In this document: positions 1-14,834 of the stretch, piece after piece
How positions within the stretch are numbered: position 1 is the first letter of the stretch
Layout: each line of letters opens with the position of its first letter
DNA from: Escherichia phage vB_EcoM_F1
Reading direction: 5' to 3' (one strand)
Length of the DNA stretch: 64,000 nt
Sequence record: NC_054912.1
Notes under the pieces: model-generated
What the model was told of the DNA's origin: nothing
Database searches by the model: none
Seen by the model: the letters and a program-made list of their open reading frames with translations, nothing else
Translations under genes and position numbers: made by a program

Positions 1-2714
<2,714 letters not shown>

Positions 2715-2742
2715 TATTAAAGCATATTAAAGAGGATTAAAA

Positions 2743-4722
2743 ATGACTTTATTATCTCCGGGCATTGAGCTCAAAGAAACTACGGTTCAAAGCACCGTGG
2801 TTAATAACTCTACTGGTACAGCAGCTTTGGCCGGTAAATTCCAGTGGGGTCCTGCTTTTCAGATTAAACAGGTTACAAATGAAGTAGATTTAGTTAATAC
2901 TTTTGGTCAACCAACCGCTGAAACTGCTGACTATTTTATGTCTGCGATGAATTTCTTGCAGTACGGAAATGACTTACGAGTAGTTCGTGCTGTTGATAGA
3001 GATACCGCTAAAAACTCATCTCCGATTGCCGGTAATATTGAATACACAATTTCTACCCCAGGTAGTAACTACGCAGTTGGAGATAAAATCACGGTCAAAT
3101 ATGTTTCAGATGCTATTGAAACTGAAGGTAAAATTACTGAAGTAGACGTAGATGGAAAAATTAAGAAAATTAATATTCCTACTGCAAAAATTATCGCTAA
3201 AGCTAAAGAAGTCGGTGAATATCCAGCACTAGGTTCTAACTGGACTGCGGAAATTTCTTCATCTTCCTCTGGTTTAGCTGCAGTAATAACTCTTGGAAAA
3301 ATTATTACTGATTCTGGTATTTTATTAGCTGAAATTGAAAATGCTGAAGCTGCTATGACAGAGGTTGGCTTTCAAGCAAATCTCGAAAAATACGGAATTC
3401 CAGGAGTAGTAGCTCTTTATCCAGGCGAATTAGGCGATAAAATTGAAATTGAAATAGTATCTAAAGCTGACTATGCAAAAGGAGCTTCTGCATTACTCCC
3501 AATTTATCCAGGTGGTGGTACTCGTGCATCTACTGCCAAAGCAGTGTTTGGATATGGACCACAAACTGATTCACAATACGCTATTATAGTTCGTCGCAAT
3601 GATGCTATTGTTCAAAGTGTTGTTCTTTCAACTAAGCGTGGTGAAAAAGATATTTACGATAGTAACATCTATATCGATGACTTTTTCGCAAAAGGTGGTT
3701 CAGAATATATTTTTGCAACTGCACAAAACTGGCCAGAAGGCTTCTCTGGAATTTTAACTCTGTCTGGTGGATTATCATCAAATGCTGAAGTATCAGCAGG
3801 AGATTTGATGGAAGCTTGGGACTTCTTTGCTGACCGTGAATCCGTTGATGTTCAACTGTTTATTGCAGGTTCTTGTGCCGGTGAATCTTTAGAAACAGCA
3901 TCTACTGTCCAAAAACACGTCGTTTCAATTGGGGATGCTCGCCAAGATTGCTTAGTATTGTGCTCTCCTCCGCGTGAAACTGTAGTTGGAATTCCTGTAA
4001 CCCGTGCTGTTGATAACTTAGTCAATTGGAGAACTGCGGTAGGTTCATACACTGATAATAACTTTAATATCAGTTCAACCTATGCAGCAATTGATGGTAA
4101 CTATAAGTATCAGTATGACAAATATAATGATGTGAATCGTTGGGTTCCATTAGCAGCTGATATTGCTGGTTTATGCGCAAGAACTGATAACGTATCTCAG
4201 ACTTGGATGTCTCCAGCGGGTTATAAGCGTGGCCAAATTTTGAACGTTATTAAACTGGCTATTGAAACTCGCCAGGCTCAGCGCGACCGTTTATACCAAG
4301 AAGCTATCAACCCGGTAACCGGTACAGGTGGTGATGGTTACGTATTGTATGGTGATAAAACAGCTACTTCTGTTCCTTCTCCGTTTGATCGTATTAACGT
4401 TCGTCGTCTGTTTAATATGTTGAAAACGAATATCGGACGTAGTTCAAAATATCGTTTGTTCGAATTAAACAACGCGTTTACTCGTTCATCATTCCGCACA
4501 GAAACTGCTCAGTACTTACAGGGAATTAAAGCTCTCGGTGGAATTTATGAATATCGTGTAGTTTGCGATACAACAAATAATACTCCATCAGTAATTGATA
4601 GAAATGAGTTTGTTGCAACATTCTACATCCAACCGGCGCGCAGTATAAATTATATCCAGCTTAACTTCGTTGCGACTGCTACTGGTGCAGATTTCGATGA
4701 GTTAACTGGTCTTGCAGGTTAA
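2743..4722 (+). CDS. 18: tail sheath protein gp18
   Basis: 659 aa, MTLLSPGIELKETTVQ...; strong SD; late promoter upstream. Confidence 0.95.
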   Translation: MTLLSPGIELKETTVQSTVVNNSTGTAALAGKFQWGPAFQIKQVTNEVDLVNTFGQPTAETADYFMSAMNFLQYGNDLRVVRAVDRDTAKNSSPIAGNIEYTISTPGSNYAVGDKITVKYVSDAIETEGKITEVDVDGKIKKINIPTAKIIAKAKEVGEYPALGSNWTAEISSSSSGLAAVITLGKIITDSGILLAEIENAEAAMTEVGFQANLEKYGIPGVVALYPGELGDKIEIEIVSKADYAKGASALLPIYPGGGTRASTAKAVFGYGPQTDSQYAIIVRRNDAIVQSVVLSTKRGEKDIYDSNIYIDDFFAKGGSEYIFATAQNWPEGFSGILTLSGGLSSNAEVSAGDLMEAWDFFADRESVDVQLFIAGSCAGESLETASTVQKHVVSIGDARQDCLVLCSPPRETVVGIPVTRAVDNLVNWRTAVGSYTDNNFNISSTYAAIDGNYKYQYDKYNDVNRWVPLAADIAGLCARTDNVSQTWMSPAGYKRGQILNVIKLAIETRQAQRDRLYQEAINPVTGTGGDGYVLYGDKTATSVPSPFDRINVRRLFNMLKTNIGRSSKYRLFELNNAFTRSSFRTETAQYLQGIKALGGIYEYRVVCDTTNNTPSVIDRNEFVATFYIQPARSINYIQLNFVATATGADFDELTGLAG

Positions 4723-4757
4723 TACGGTGCATTCTAAAGGCCTGTTTCGGCAGGCCA

Positions 4758-4765
4758 TATAAATA
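4758..4765 (+). promoter_or_regulatory. late promoter TATAAATA (gene 19, distal)
   Basis: exact TATAAATA in the 18-19 intergenic region. Confidence 0.6.
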
Positions 4766-4816
4766 CACTATATCCTTAATTCTTTAATTCTATATGCCCT
4801 AGGTTAAACATAGGGA

Positions 4817-4824
4817 TATAAATA
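4817..4824 (+). promoter_or_regulatory. late promoter TATAAATA (gene 19, proximal)
   Basis: exact TATAAATA 15 nt upstream of the gene 19 ATG. Confidence 0.65.
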
Positions 4825-4838
4825 CTACAGAGGCTAAT

Positions 4839-5330
4839 ATGTTTGTAGATGATGTAACACGAGCGTTTGAATCTGGTGATTTTGCTCGACCTAACTTATT
4901 TCAAGTAGAAATTTCTTATCTTGGACAAAATTTTACGTTTCAATGTAAAGCCACTGCTTTACCAGCTGGTATTGTAGAAAAAATTCCAGTCGGATTTATG
5001 AACCGTAAAATTAACGTAGCAGGCGATCGTACATTCGATGACTGGACTGTTACAGTAATGAACGATGAGGCACATGATGCTCGCCAGAAGTTCGTTGATT
5101 GGCAAAGCATTGCTGCGGGACAAGGAAACGAAATTACTGGTGGAAAACCTGCAGAGTATAAAAAGAGCGCTATCGTTCGTCAATATGCTCGTGACGCTAA
5201 AACAGTAACAAAAGAAATTGAAATTAAAGGTCTGTGGCCTACTAACGTGGGTGAACTTCAATTAGATTGGGATTCAAACAATGAAATCCAAACATTTGAA
5301 GTAACTCTTGCTCTCGATTATTGGGAATAA
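4839..5330 (+). CDS. 19: tail tube protein gp19
   Basis: 163 aa, MFVDDVTRAFESGDF...; two TATAAATA boxes upstream. Confidence 0.95.
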   Translation: MFVDDVTRAFESGDFARPNLFQVEISYLGQNFTFQCKATALPAGIVEKIPVGFMNRKINVAGDRTFDDWTVTVMNDEAHDARQKFVDWQSIAAGQGNEITGGKPAEYKKSAIVRQYARDAKTVTKEIEIKGLWPTNVGELQLDWDSNNEIQTFEVTLALDYWE

Positions 5331-5362
5331 AATGAATGGGGAGAAATCCCCATCCTGCTTAA

Positions 5363-6987
<1,625 letters not shown>

Positions 6988-6988
<1 letters not shown>

Positions 6989-7227
6989 TGGAAGGTTTAA
7001 TTGAAGCTATTAAATCAAACGACCTCGTAGCCGCTCGTAAATTATTTGCTGAAGCCATGGCTGCAAGAACGATTGATTTAATTAAAGAAGAAAAAATCGC
7101 TATCGCTCGTAATTTCTTAATCGAAGGTGAAGAACCTGAAGACGAGGATGAAGATGATGACGAAGATAGCGATGATAAAGACGACAAAAAAGACAAAGAC
7201 TCTGACGAAGACGAGGATGATGAATAA
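6988..7227 (+). CDS. 67: prohead core protein gp67
   Basis: 79 aa with acidic D/E-rich tail; TAATG overlap with gene 20 stop. Confidence 0.9.
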
Positions 7228-7652
7228 TGCTTCTGATCCCTGAAACTCATGAATTAGTTCTCGAGAATGTCGAAGCACTTATTCCTGAAGCACAGGGTCG
7301 CTTTGACGAATTGTCTTCTGCTTTAAATAAAGACGATATAAATACAATTGTCGAGAATATGCTTGATGATGAAACTGATTTAGCAGTTGCATTAGCTTCT
7401 ATTAATGAAAACATGCCGTTAAATGAATTCATTGTTAAGCACGTTTCAGCTCGTGGTGAAATTACACGTACTAAAGACCGCAAAACACGTGAACGTAATG
7501 CATTTCAAACCACTGGGCTGTCTAAAGCAAAACGTAGACAAATTGCTCGTAAAGCTACCAAAACGAAGATTGCCAATCCAGCAGGTCAATCTCGTGCTCA
7601 GCGTAAGCGTAAAAAAGCTCTTAAACGCCGTAAAGCATTAGGATTAAGCTAA
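7227..7652 (+). CDS. 68: prohead core protein gp68
   Basis: 141 aa, basic C-terminus; position between 67 and 21. Confidence 0.88.
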
Positions 7653-8290
7653 TGAATGAACCCCAATTACTAATTGAAACTTGGGGTCAACCTGGCGAAA
7701 TTATTGATGGCGTACCAATGCTTGAATCTCATGATGGAAAAGACTTAGGTTTAAAACCGGGTTTATACATCGAAGGAATATTCATGCAAGCGGAAGTTGT
7801 CAATAGAAATAAACGTCTTTATCCAAAACGCATATTAGAAAAAGCGGTAAAAGACTATATTAATGAGCAAGTTTTAACTAAACAAGCTCTCGGAGAATTA
7901 AATCATCCTCCACGCGCTAATGTTGACCCGATGCAAGCCGCTATCATTATAGAAGATATGTGGTGGAAAGGAAATGACGTATACGGACGAGCTCGTGTTA
8001 TTGAAGGTGACCATGGTCCTGGAGATAAATTAGCAGCTAATATTCGTGCCGGATGGATTCCAGGAGTTTCTTCTCGTGGATTAGGTTCATTGACTGACAC
8101 AAATAAAGGTTATCGTATCGTAAACGAAGGATTCAAATTAACTGTAGGTGTTGATGCGGTATGGGGTCCAAGTGCTCCAGATGCATGGGTAACTCCTAAG
8201 GAAATTACCGAATCACAGACGGCGGAAGCCGATACAAGTGCCGATGACGCCTATATGGCTCTCGCAGAGGCCATGAAAAAAGCGTTATAA
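7652..8290 (+). CDS. 21: prohead core scaffold protein and protease gp21
   Basis: 212 aa, [42 protein letters not shown]... Confidence 0.93.
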   Translation: MNEPQLLIETWGQPGEIIDGVPMLESHDGKDLGLKPGLYIEGIFMQAEVVNRNKRLYPKRILEKAVKDYINEQVLTKQALGELNHPPRANVDPMQAAIIIEDMWWKGNDVYGRARVIEGDHGPGDKLAANIRAGWIPGVSSRGLGSLTDTNKGYRIVNEGFKLTVGVDAVWGPSAPDAWVTPKEITESQTAEADTSADDAYMALAEAMKKAL

Positions 8291-8320
8291 ATATTATTAT
8301 CTAAACAACAGGACTACAAA

Positions 8321-9130
8321 ATGCTTAAAGAACAACTGATTGCCGAAGCGCAGAAAATTGATGCTTCCGTTGCTCTTGATAGTATTTTCGAATCAGTTAA
8401 TATTTCTCCGGAAGCAAAAGAAACTTTCGGCACTGTATTCGAAGCTACCGTCAAGCAGCACGCCGTTAAATTAGCTGAATCTCATATCGCTAAAATTGCT
8501 GAAAAAGCAGAAGAAGAAGTAGAAAAAAATAAAGAAGAAGCCGAAGAAAAAGCTGAGAAGAAAATCGCTGAGCAAGCTTCTAAATTCATTGACCATCTTG
8601 CAAAAGAATGGCTCGCTGAAAATAAATTAGCAGTTGATAAAGGCATCAAAGCCGAACTGTTTGAATCCATGCTTGGTGGATTAAAAGAGCTCTTTGTTGA
8701 ACACAACGTTGTTGTTCCAGAAGAATCAGTTGATATTGTAGCTGAAATGGAAGAAGAGCTGCAAGAACATAAAGAAGAATCAGCTCGTCTGTTCGAAGAA
8801 CTCAGCATGCGCGACGCATATATCAATTATGTGCAGCGTGAAGTGGCATTGAGCGAAAGTACTAAAGATCTGACTGAGTCTCAAAAAGAAAAAGTCTCTG
8901 CTCTGGTCGAAGGTATGGATTATTCAGATGCATTCTCAAGTAAATTGAGTGCAATCGTAGAAATGGTGAAGAAATCTAATAAAGATGAAAGCACTATTAC
9001 TGAGAGTATAAATACTCCTGATACTGAAGCAGCCGGACTGAATTTCGTCACTGAAGCTGTAGAAGATAAAGCTGCACAGGGTGCAGAAGATATTGTAAGT
9101 GTATATGCGAAAGTCGCATCTCGTTTCTAA
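8321..9130 (+). CDS. 22: prohead core scaffold protein gp22
   Basis: 269 aa, E/K-rich coiled-coil-like composition; precedes gene 23. Confidence 0.92.
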   Translation: MLKEQLIAEAQKIDASVALDSIFESVNISPEAKETFGTVFEATVKQHAVKLAESHIAKIAEKAEEEVEKNKEEAEEKAEKKIAEQASKFIDHLAKEWLAENKLAVDKGIKAELFESMLGGLKELFVEHNVVVPEESVDIVAEMEEELQEHKEESARLFEELSMRDAYINYVQREVALSESTKDLTESQKEKVSALVEGMDYSDAFSSKLSAIVEMVKKSNKDESTITESINTPDTEAAGLNFVTEAVEDKAAQGAEDIVSVYAKVASRF

Positions 9131-9148
9131 TTTTAAAGGTTAACACAA

Positions 9149-10714
9149 ATGACTATCAAAACTAAAGCTGAACTTTTGAACAAATGGAAGCCATTACTGG
9201 AAGGTGAAGGTTTACCGGAAATTGCTAATAGCAAACAAGCGATTATCGCTAAAATCTTTGAAAACCAGGAAAAAGATTTCCAGACAGCTCCGGAATATAA
9301 AGACGAAAAAATTGCTCAGGCATTCGGTTCTTTCTTAACAGAAGCTGAAATCGGTGGTGACCACGGCTACAATGCTACCAACATCGCTGCAGGTCAGACT
9401 TCTGGCGCAGTAACTCAGATTGGCCCGGCTGTTATGGGTATGGTACGTCGTGCTATTCCTAACCTGATTGCTTTCGATATTTGTGGTGTTCAGCCGATGA
9501 ACAGCCCGACTGGCCAGGTATTCGCAATGCGCGCAGTATATGGTAAAGACCCGGTCGCTTCTGGTGCTAAAGAAGCATTCCACCCAATGTATGGTCCAGA
9601 TGCAATGTTCTCTGGTCAGGGTGCTGCTAAGAAATTCACAGCTCTGGCTGCTAGCACACAAACCACAGCAGGTGATATCTATACTCACTTCTTCCAGGAC
9701 ACTGGTACTGTGTATCTGCAAGCTTCTGCTCAAGTAACAATTAGTGCAAGCGCAACTGATGCAGCTAAATTAGATGCTGAAATTAAGAAACAAATGGAAG
9801 CTGGTGTACTGGTAGAAATCGCTGAAGGTATGGCTACTTCTATCGCTGAACTCCAGGAAAGTTTCAACGGTTCTACCGATAACCCATGGAATGAAATGGG
9901 CTTCCGTATCGATAAACAAGTTATCGAAGCTAAATCTCGTCAGTTGAAAGCTGCTTACTCTATTGAATTAGCACAAGACCTTCGCGCTGTTCACGGTATG
10001 GATGCTGATGCTGAACTGTCTGGTATTCTGGCTACCGAAATTATGCTGGAAATCAACCGCGAAGTTGTTGATTGGATTAACTACTCCGCTCAGGTTGGTA
10101 AATCTGGTATGACCCTGACTCCGGGTTCTAAAGCTGGTGTATTTGACTTCCAGGACCCAATCGATATTCGTGGTGCTCGCTGGGCAGGTGAATCCTTTAA
10201 AGCTCTGTTGTTCCAGATTGACAAAGAAGCAGTTGAAATTGCTCGTCAGACTGGTCGCGGCGAAGGTAACTTCATTATCGCTTCCCGTAACGTAGTTAAC
10301 GTTCTGGCTTCAGTTGATACCGGCATTTCTTATGCTGCACAAGGTCTGGCTACTGGCTTTAACACTGATACTACCAAGTCAGTATTTGCTGGTGTTCTGG
10401 GTGGTAAATACCGTGTATATATCGACCAGTATGCTAAACAGGATTATTTCACCGTAGGTTATAAAGGTCCGAACGAAATGGATGCTGGTATTTACTATGC
10501 TCCATATGTAGCTCTGACTCCGCTGCGTGGTTCCGATCCGAAGAACTTCCAACCGGTAATGGGATTCAAAACTCGTTACGGTATCGGTATCAACCCATTT
10601 GCAGAATCCGCTGCTCAGGCTCCGGCTTCTCGCATCCAGAGCGGTATGCCTTCTATTCTGAATAGCCTTGGTAAAAACGCTTACTTCCGCCGTGTATATG
10701 TTAAAGGTATCTAA
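9149..10714 (+). CDS. 23: major capsid protein gp23
   Basis: 521 aa, MTIKTKAELLNKWKPLLEGEG...; codon usage of a highly expressed gene. Confidence 0.97.
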   Translation: MTIKTKAELLNKWKPLLEGEGLPEIANSKQAIIAKIFENQEKDFQTAPEYKDEKIAQAFGSFLTEAEIGGDHGYNATNIAAGQTSGAVTQIGPAVMGMVRRAIPNLIAFDICGVQPMNSPTGQVFAMRAVYGKDPVASGAKEAFHPMYGPDAMFSGQGAAKKFTALAASTQTTAGDIYTHFFQDTGTVYLQASAQVTISASATDAAKLDAEIKKQMEAGVLVEIAEGMATSIAELQESFNGSTDNPWNEMGFRIDKQVIEAKSRQLKAAYSIELAQDLRAVHGMDADAELSGILATEIMLEINREVVDWINYSAQVGKSGMTLTPGSKAGVFDFQDPIDIRGARWAGESFKALLFQIDKEAVEIARQTGRGEGNFIIASRNVVNVLASVDTGISYAAQGLATGFNTDTTKSVFAGVLGGKYRVYIDQYAKQDYFTVGYKGPNEMDAGIYYAPYVALTPLRGSDPKNFQPVMGFKTRYGIGINPFAESAAQAPASRIQSGMPSILNSLGKNAYFRRVYVKGI

Positions 10715-10727
10715 TCTTTGACGATTT

Positions 10728-10758
10728 AAGGGACCTTCGGGTCCCTTTAGTTGTTTTT
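10728..10758 (+). terminator. rho-independent terminator after gene 23
   Basis: GGGACC-TTCG-GGTCCC hairpin followed by a T-rich tract. Confidence 0.65.
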
Positions 10759-10762
10759 ATGG

Positions 10763-10770
10763 TATAAATA
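10763..10770 (+). promoter_or_regulatory. late promoter TATAAATA (gene 24)
   Basis: exact TATAAATA about 28 nt upstream of the gene 24 ATG, after the gene 23 terminator. Confidence 0.7.
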
Positions 10771-10797
10771 AATCATATAAACTGAAAGGAAAGCGCA

Positions 10798-12081
10798 ATG
10801 GCTAAAATCAACGAACTTCTGCGCGAATCAACCACAACGAATAGCAACTCAATCGGTCGCCCAAATCTCGTTGCTTTGACTCGCGCTACCACTAAATTAA
10901 TATATTCTGACATTGTAGCAACGCAAAGAACTAATCAACCTGTTGCTGCTTTTTATGGTATCAAATACCTTAACCCAGACAACGAATTTACGTTTAAAAC
11001 TGGTGCTACTTACGCTGGCGAAGCCGGATATGTAGACCGAGAACAAATCACAGAATTAACAGAAGAGTCTAAATTAACTCTCAATAAAGGCGATTTATTC
11101 AAATATAATAATATCGTTTATAAAGTATTAGAAGATACACCATTTGCTGATATTGAAGAAAGTGATTTAGAATTAGCTCTTCAGATTGCAATTGTTCTTT
11201 TAAAGGTTCGTCTATTTTCTGATGCTGCAGTAACAAGCAAATTTGAAAGCTCTGATAGCGAAATTGCGGATGCTAGATTCCAGATTAATAAATGGCAAAC
11301 CGCAGTTAAATCTCGTAAACTTAAAACTGGCATTACAGTTGAATTAGCACAAGATTTAGAAGCAAATGGATTCGATGCTCCTAATTTCTTGGAAGATTTG
11401 CTTGCAACCGAAATGGCAGATGAAATCAATAAAGATATTCTGCAGTCTTTGATTACAGTGTCAAAACGTTATAAAGTTGCAGGAATTACTGATACTGGAT
11501 TCATTGATTTGAGTTATGCATCTGCACCTGAAGCGGGTCGTTCATTATATCGAATGGTATGTGAAATGGTTTCACATATCCAAAAAGAATCAACTTATAC
11601 AGCAACGTTCTGTGTTGCTTCAGCTCGTGCTGCTGCGATTCTTGCTGCATCAGGTTGGTTAAAACATAAACCAGAAGATGATAAATATCTTTCACAAAAT
11701 GCCTACGGGTTCTTAGCTAATGGTTTACCGCTTTATTGCGATACTAACAGCCCATTAGATTATGTAATCGTTGGTGTAGTAGAAAATATCGGTGAAAAAG
11801 AAATTGTTGGATCAATTTTCTATGCTCCGTATACAGAAGGTCTCGACTTAGATGACCCTGAACATGTAGGTGCATTTAAAGTTGTTGTTGACCCAGAAAG
11901 TTTGCAGCCATCTATCGGTTTATTAGTTAGATATGCTTTATCAGCAAATCCTTACACCGTAGCAAAAGATGAAAAAGAAGCAAGAGTAATTGATGGTGGA
12001 GACATGGATAAAATGGCGGGTCGTTCAGATTTGTCTGTTTTATTAGGTGTTAAGCTACCAAAAATTATCATTGATGAATAA
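10798..12081 (+). CDS. 24: head vertex protein gp24
   Basis: 427 aa, MAKINELLRESTTTNSNSIGRPNLVAL...; gp23 paralogue. Confidence 0.95.
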   Translation: MAKINELLRESTTTNSNSIGRPNLVALTRATTKLIYSDIVATQRTNQPVAAFYGIKYLNPDNEFTFKTGATYAGEAGYVDREQITELTEESKLTLNKGDLFKYNNIVYKVLEDTPFADIEESDLELALQIAIVLLKVRLFSDAAVTSKFESSDSEIADARFQINKWQTAVKSRKLKTGITVELAQDLEANGFDAPNFLEDLLATEMADEINKDILQSLITVSKRYKVAGITDTGFIDLSYASAPEAGRSLYRMVCEMVSHIQKESTYTATFCVASARAAAILAASGWLKHKPEDDKYLSQNAYGFLANGLPLYCDTNSPLDYVIVGVVENIGEKEIVGSIFYAPYTEGLDLDDPEHVGAFKVVVDPESLQPSIGLLVRYALSANPYTVAKDEKEARVIDGGDMDKMAGRSDLSVLLGVKLPKIIIDE

Positions 12082-12085
12082 AACA

Positions 12086-12112
12086 AAGGGACCTTTCGGT
12101 CCCTTTTTATTT
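12086..12112. terminator. bidirectional terminator between convergent 24 and rnlB
   Basis: GGGACC-TTTC-GGTCCC hairpin flanked by A-run and T-run. Confidence 0.7.
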
Positions 12113-13115
12113 AACTTACCAATTCAATCCAAGCCGGACGAAGTACATCTTGTACCATTTTAACTAATTCCTTTTTAATCAAAGAAGGATTATCCGCTTG
12201 AGTTAGAGTAATACCTTCACGAGAAGTTTCTTCCAAAATATCTTGAACAGTTAGTCCCATCACCTTTCCAAAATCTTTTGGACCAATTTCGCCAATTTTA
12301 GAAATAACGTTATTTACTCGGTTCAGTGTAACGTAACAAGCTAAAATTCCCACCAATTTGTTATCAGCTTCTGATAGTTCAACTTTAGCTTTAATAGGCT
12401 TATCAGACTTTTTCTTTTCACTAAATTTGGAATTCTTGCATTTAATCGCTACACGATTTCCATTATGAAGCCAAGAAGGATAACAAGGTTTCAATACATA
12501 TCCTTCAGCGGTAAATACTTCGCCTTTTGCTTCGGCATTCCAAACGCATTTATTTGCATCAACTAATCCAGCATGGTCTACTGTAAAATTATAAGACGGA
12601 ACAACAGAATCCAAATCATTTGGAAGTTTAATAAGATCTTCAAATTTACCACGACCCAAAAGTGGAGCGATTTTAAACCCAAATGAATTACAAAACGATT
12701 CCATCATGTAATCATCAACATAAGTTACATCACCACTTTCGGTAGTGACAATAATGTCAAATACATAAAAATCTTTATCGCCATAATCAACATTCTTCTG
12801 AATGCCAGGTCCAGCGAATTCGCCAAAAACTTGATAAGTCACAACAGCTGAAGTTTCCATAATTTCTTGGACAGCTTTAATAGAATCTTCGTAATTCTTT
12901 AAAATAATTTCATAACCGAAGAAATCTTCAGCAGGAAGAATTGGTCCAGTACGTTTAGCGCAAGTTACTTTATCACGCTCAATAATCAATGAGAAATTTG
13001 TGCCGTGAATCTTTTCACGAGCTACCCATTCGCCGCCAGTCAATCCCAAGCTATAAAGTTTTTCAATAAATTTAGAGTTGTAATGATTTTCAAGACTGCT
13101 ATACTTTTTAAACAT
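12111..13115 (-). CDS. rnlB: RNA ligase 2 (Rnl2)
   Basis: 334 aa, [16 protein letters not shown]..., nucleotidyltransferase lysine motif KIHGTN. Confidence 0.93.
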   Translation of the reverse strand: MFKKYSSLENHYNSKFIEKLYSLGLTGGEWVAREKIHGTNFSLIIERDKVTCAKRTGPILPAEDFFGYEIILKNYEDSIKAVQEIMETSAVVTYQVFGEFAGPGIQKNVDYGDKDFYVFDIIVTTESGDVTYVDDYMMESFCNSFGFKIAPLLGRGKFEDLIKLPNDLDSVVPSYNFTVDHAGLVDANKCVWNAEAKGEVFTAEGYVLKPCYPSWLHNGNRVAIKCKNSKFSEKKKSDKPIKAKVELSEADNKLVGILACYVTLNRVNNVISKIGEIGPKDFGKVMGLTVQDILEETSREGITLTQADNPSLIKKELVKMVQDVLRPAWIELVS

Positions 13116-13124
13116 AATTAATCC

Positions 13125-13403
13125 TCAAAATGTAATTTCTAACCAATCACCATCACGCTGATCACTATTAACTTTAAAGCTGAATCCTTCTTTTCTCAGC
13201 CAATCACCAATTTCTTCAGTAATCAATTTATCGCGAGCAGTACAATAATAACTAAAATATGTTTTACCTTGTTCAGCTGCTTTATTAGCAAGTTCCGAAA
13301 AATCTTTAATAAAACACTCTAGCTTAAACTGTTTACTTTTGAATGCTTTTTCGCGTAATTGATTAGCAAAAGATTCATTTTCATAAAGATCATACTGTTC
13401 CAT
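13125..13403 (-). CDS. hypothetical protein (position of T4 24.2)
   Basis: 92-aa ORF directly downstream of rnlB on the same strand. Confidence 0.6.
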   Translation of the reverse strand: MEQYDLYENESFANQLREKAFKSKQFKLECFIKDFSELANKAAEQGKTYFSYYCTARDKLITEEIGDWLRKEGFSFKVNSDQRDGDWLEITF

Positions 13404-13605
13404 TTTTCACCTTTTTATTAATATGTCTTTTTCTATAGACAACTTTTTCTCGAGTTTCAAATTTATTCTTAGCAGTCATAGCTCGAGCCCATAATACAGC
13501 CACTTCTTTTGCCTGTAAGTTCAATTCACGAGCAATTTCAATGAATGACTTTCCAGACTCATGGAGAGTAAACACCACAACCTCAGTTCTCATAATCAAT
13601 CTCAT
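13390..13605 (-). CDS. hypothetical small protein with HTH-like segment (position of T4 24.3)
   Basis: 71-aa ORF; GKSFIEIARELNLQAKEV resembles a helix-turn-helix. Confidence 0.55.
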   Translation of the reverse strand: MRLIMRTEVVVFTLHESGKSFIEIARELNLQAKEVAVLWARAMTAKNKFETREKVVYRKRHINKKVKNGTV

Positions 13606-13659
13606 GTTATCGAGTTGGTGCCATTATATACATCATTTTCTGAGTGTGTTTTGTGTGCT

Positions 13660-13690
13660 TTCAAAATGAAGAAAGGGGCCGAAGCCCCTT
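13660..13690 (-). terminator. terminator after hoc
   Basis: GGGGC-CGAA-GCCCC hairpin with U-tract on the minus strand. Confidence 0.6.
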
Positions 13691-13694
13691 ATGA

Positions 13695-14825
13695 TTATGG
13701 ATAGGTATAGATGATACCAGTTTCTAAAGCAGTTTTATGAATGATGTATCCATTACGCGATTCTTGGACATCAACTTCTGGATAGTCTTTCATCATCTTC
13801 TGAAGAGTGTAACGATGCAGGTAGTATTTACTATCTGGATCGTCAGTTTTCCAATCTTTACCTTCTTCGGTCATTTTTTGGATTTCATCCATAACCCACC
13901 AACCGCACCAGATGTAAGCTGAAGTGCGATGTGGAAGAGGATGAACATAAGGCAATTCACCTTCTGGTTCTGGAGCAACTTTATCAGTTACCTGAACTTG
14001 ACCTTCTGCTGTAATAGTTTTGCTATCATAATCAGTTGCTGTAACGACAGCAGTAACTTCAATAGTTTGACTTCCAACAGATGAGGTATCGACAGTATAC
14101 ACATTAGTCGATCCTTCTACAGGAGAAGAATCTTTCTTCCATGAATAAGTAATTTGCGCTGCTTCAGGTGCGCCAGTGACATTAGCGGTAAATGTAGCCG
14201 AAGCATCTTGCTGAACGTTAATAGAAGGAGGAGTCAATGTAACCTGTGGATTCATTGTCTTCTTATTAACTGTTAATGATACTTCATTAGAAGTAACGCT
14301 CAGTGCATCGTAATCTGTCGCGGTTACTTGGGCTACGCATTTAATTTTTTTAACTCCACTTGTAGTTGGAGTGTAATTGAATGTAGCGGAAGTTGCTTCG
14401 TCCACAGGAGAACCGTCAACGTACCACTGATATGTGGCGTTTGCGCCCGATGGCTGCGAAGCTAAAGCGGCAGTAAATTCAATAGCTGTTCCAATCACTC
14501 CAGCCGCAGGACTAGCAGGAGTTACGGCTAAGGTAGTCGTCTGTGTCTTATTTTTAACTGTGATAGTTGTTGTCGCTTCAGCCGTTTCCGGGCCTCCTTC
14601 AGAAAGTGTATTTGTTGCAACTACTTTAATAGTCTTTTGACCGGCAGGTCCTTTTAATACATAACTAAAAGTTGCTTCAGCTCCATCTTGTGGAACATCA
14701 TCTACAGTCCAAACATATGTAATAGGTCCATCTCCAGTTTGACCACTGGGTGTAGCAGTAAACTGCTGAGTCTGATCTATAACTCCAGTAGGTGTTTTAG
14801 GAGTTATATCAACTGTAAAAGCCAT
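13695..14825 (-). CDS. hoc: Hoc, highly immunogenic outer capsid protein (Ig-like repeats)
   Basis: 376 aa with repeated about 90-aa T/V-rich Ig-like modules; conserved C-terminal capsid-binding region. Confidence 0.93.
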   Translation of the reverse strand: MAFTVDITPKTPTGVIDQTQQFTATPSGQTGDGPITYVWTVDDVPQDGAEATFSYVLKGPAGQKTIKVVATNTLSEGGPETAEATTTITVKNKTQTTTLAVTPASPAAGVIGTAIEFTAALASQPSGANATYQWYVDGSPVDEATSATFNYTPTTSGVKKIKCVAQVTATDYDALSVTSNEVSLTVNKKTMNPQVTLTPPSINVQQDASATFTANVTGAPEAAQITYSWKKDSSPVEGSTNVYTVDTSSVGSQTIEVTAVVTATDYDSKTITAEGQVQVTDKVAPEPEGELPYVHPLPHRTSAYIWCGWWVMDEIQKMTEEGKDWKTDDPDSKYYLHRYTLQKMMKDYPEVDVQESRNGYIIHKTALETGIIYTYP

Positions 14826-14834
14826 AAGTTATCC

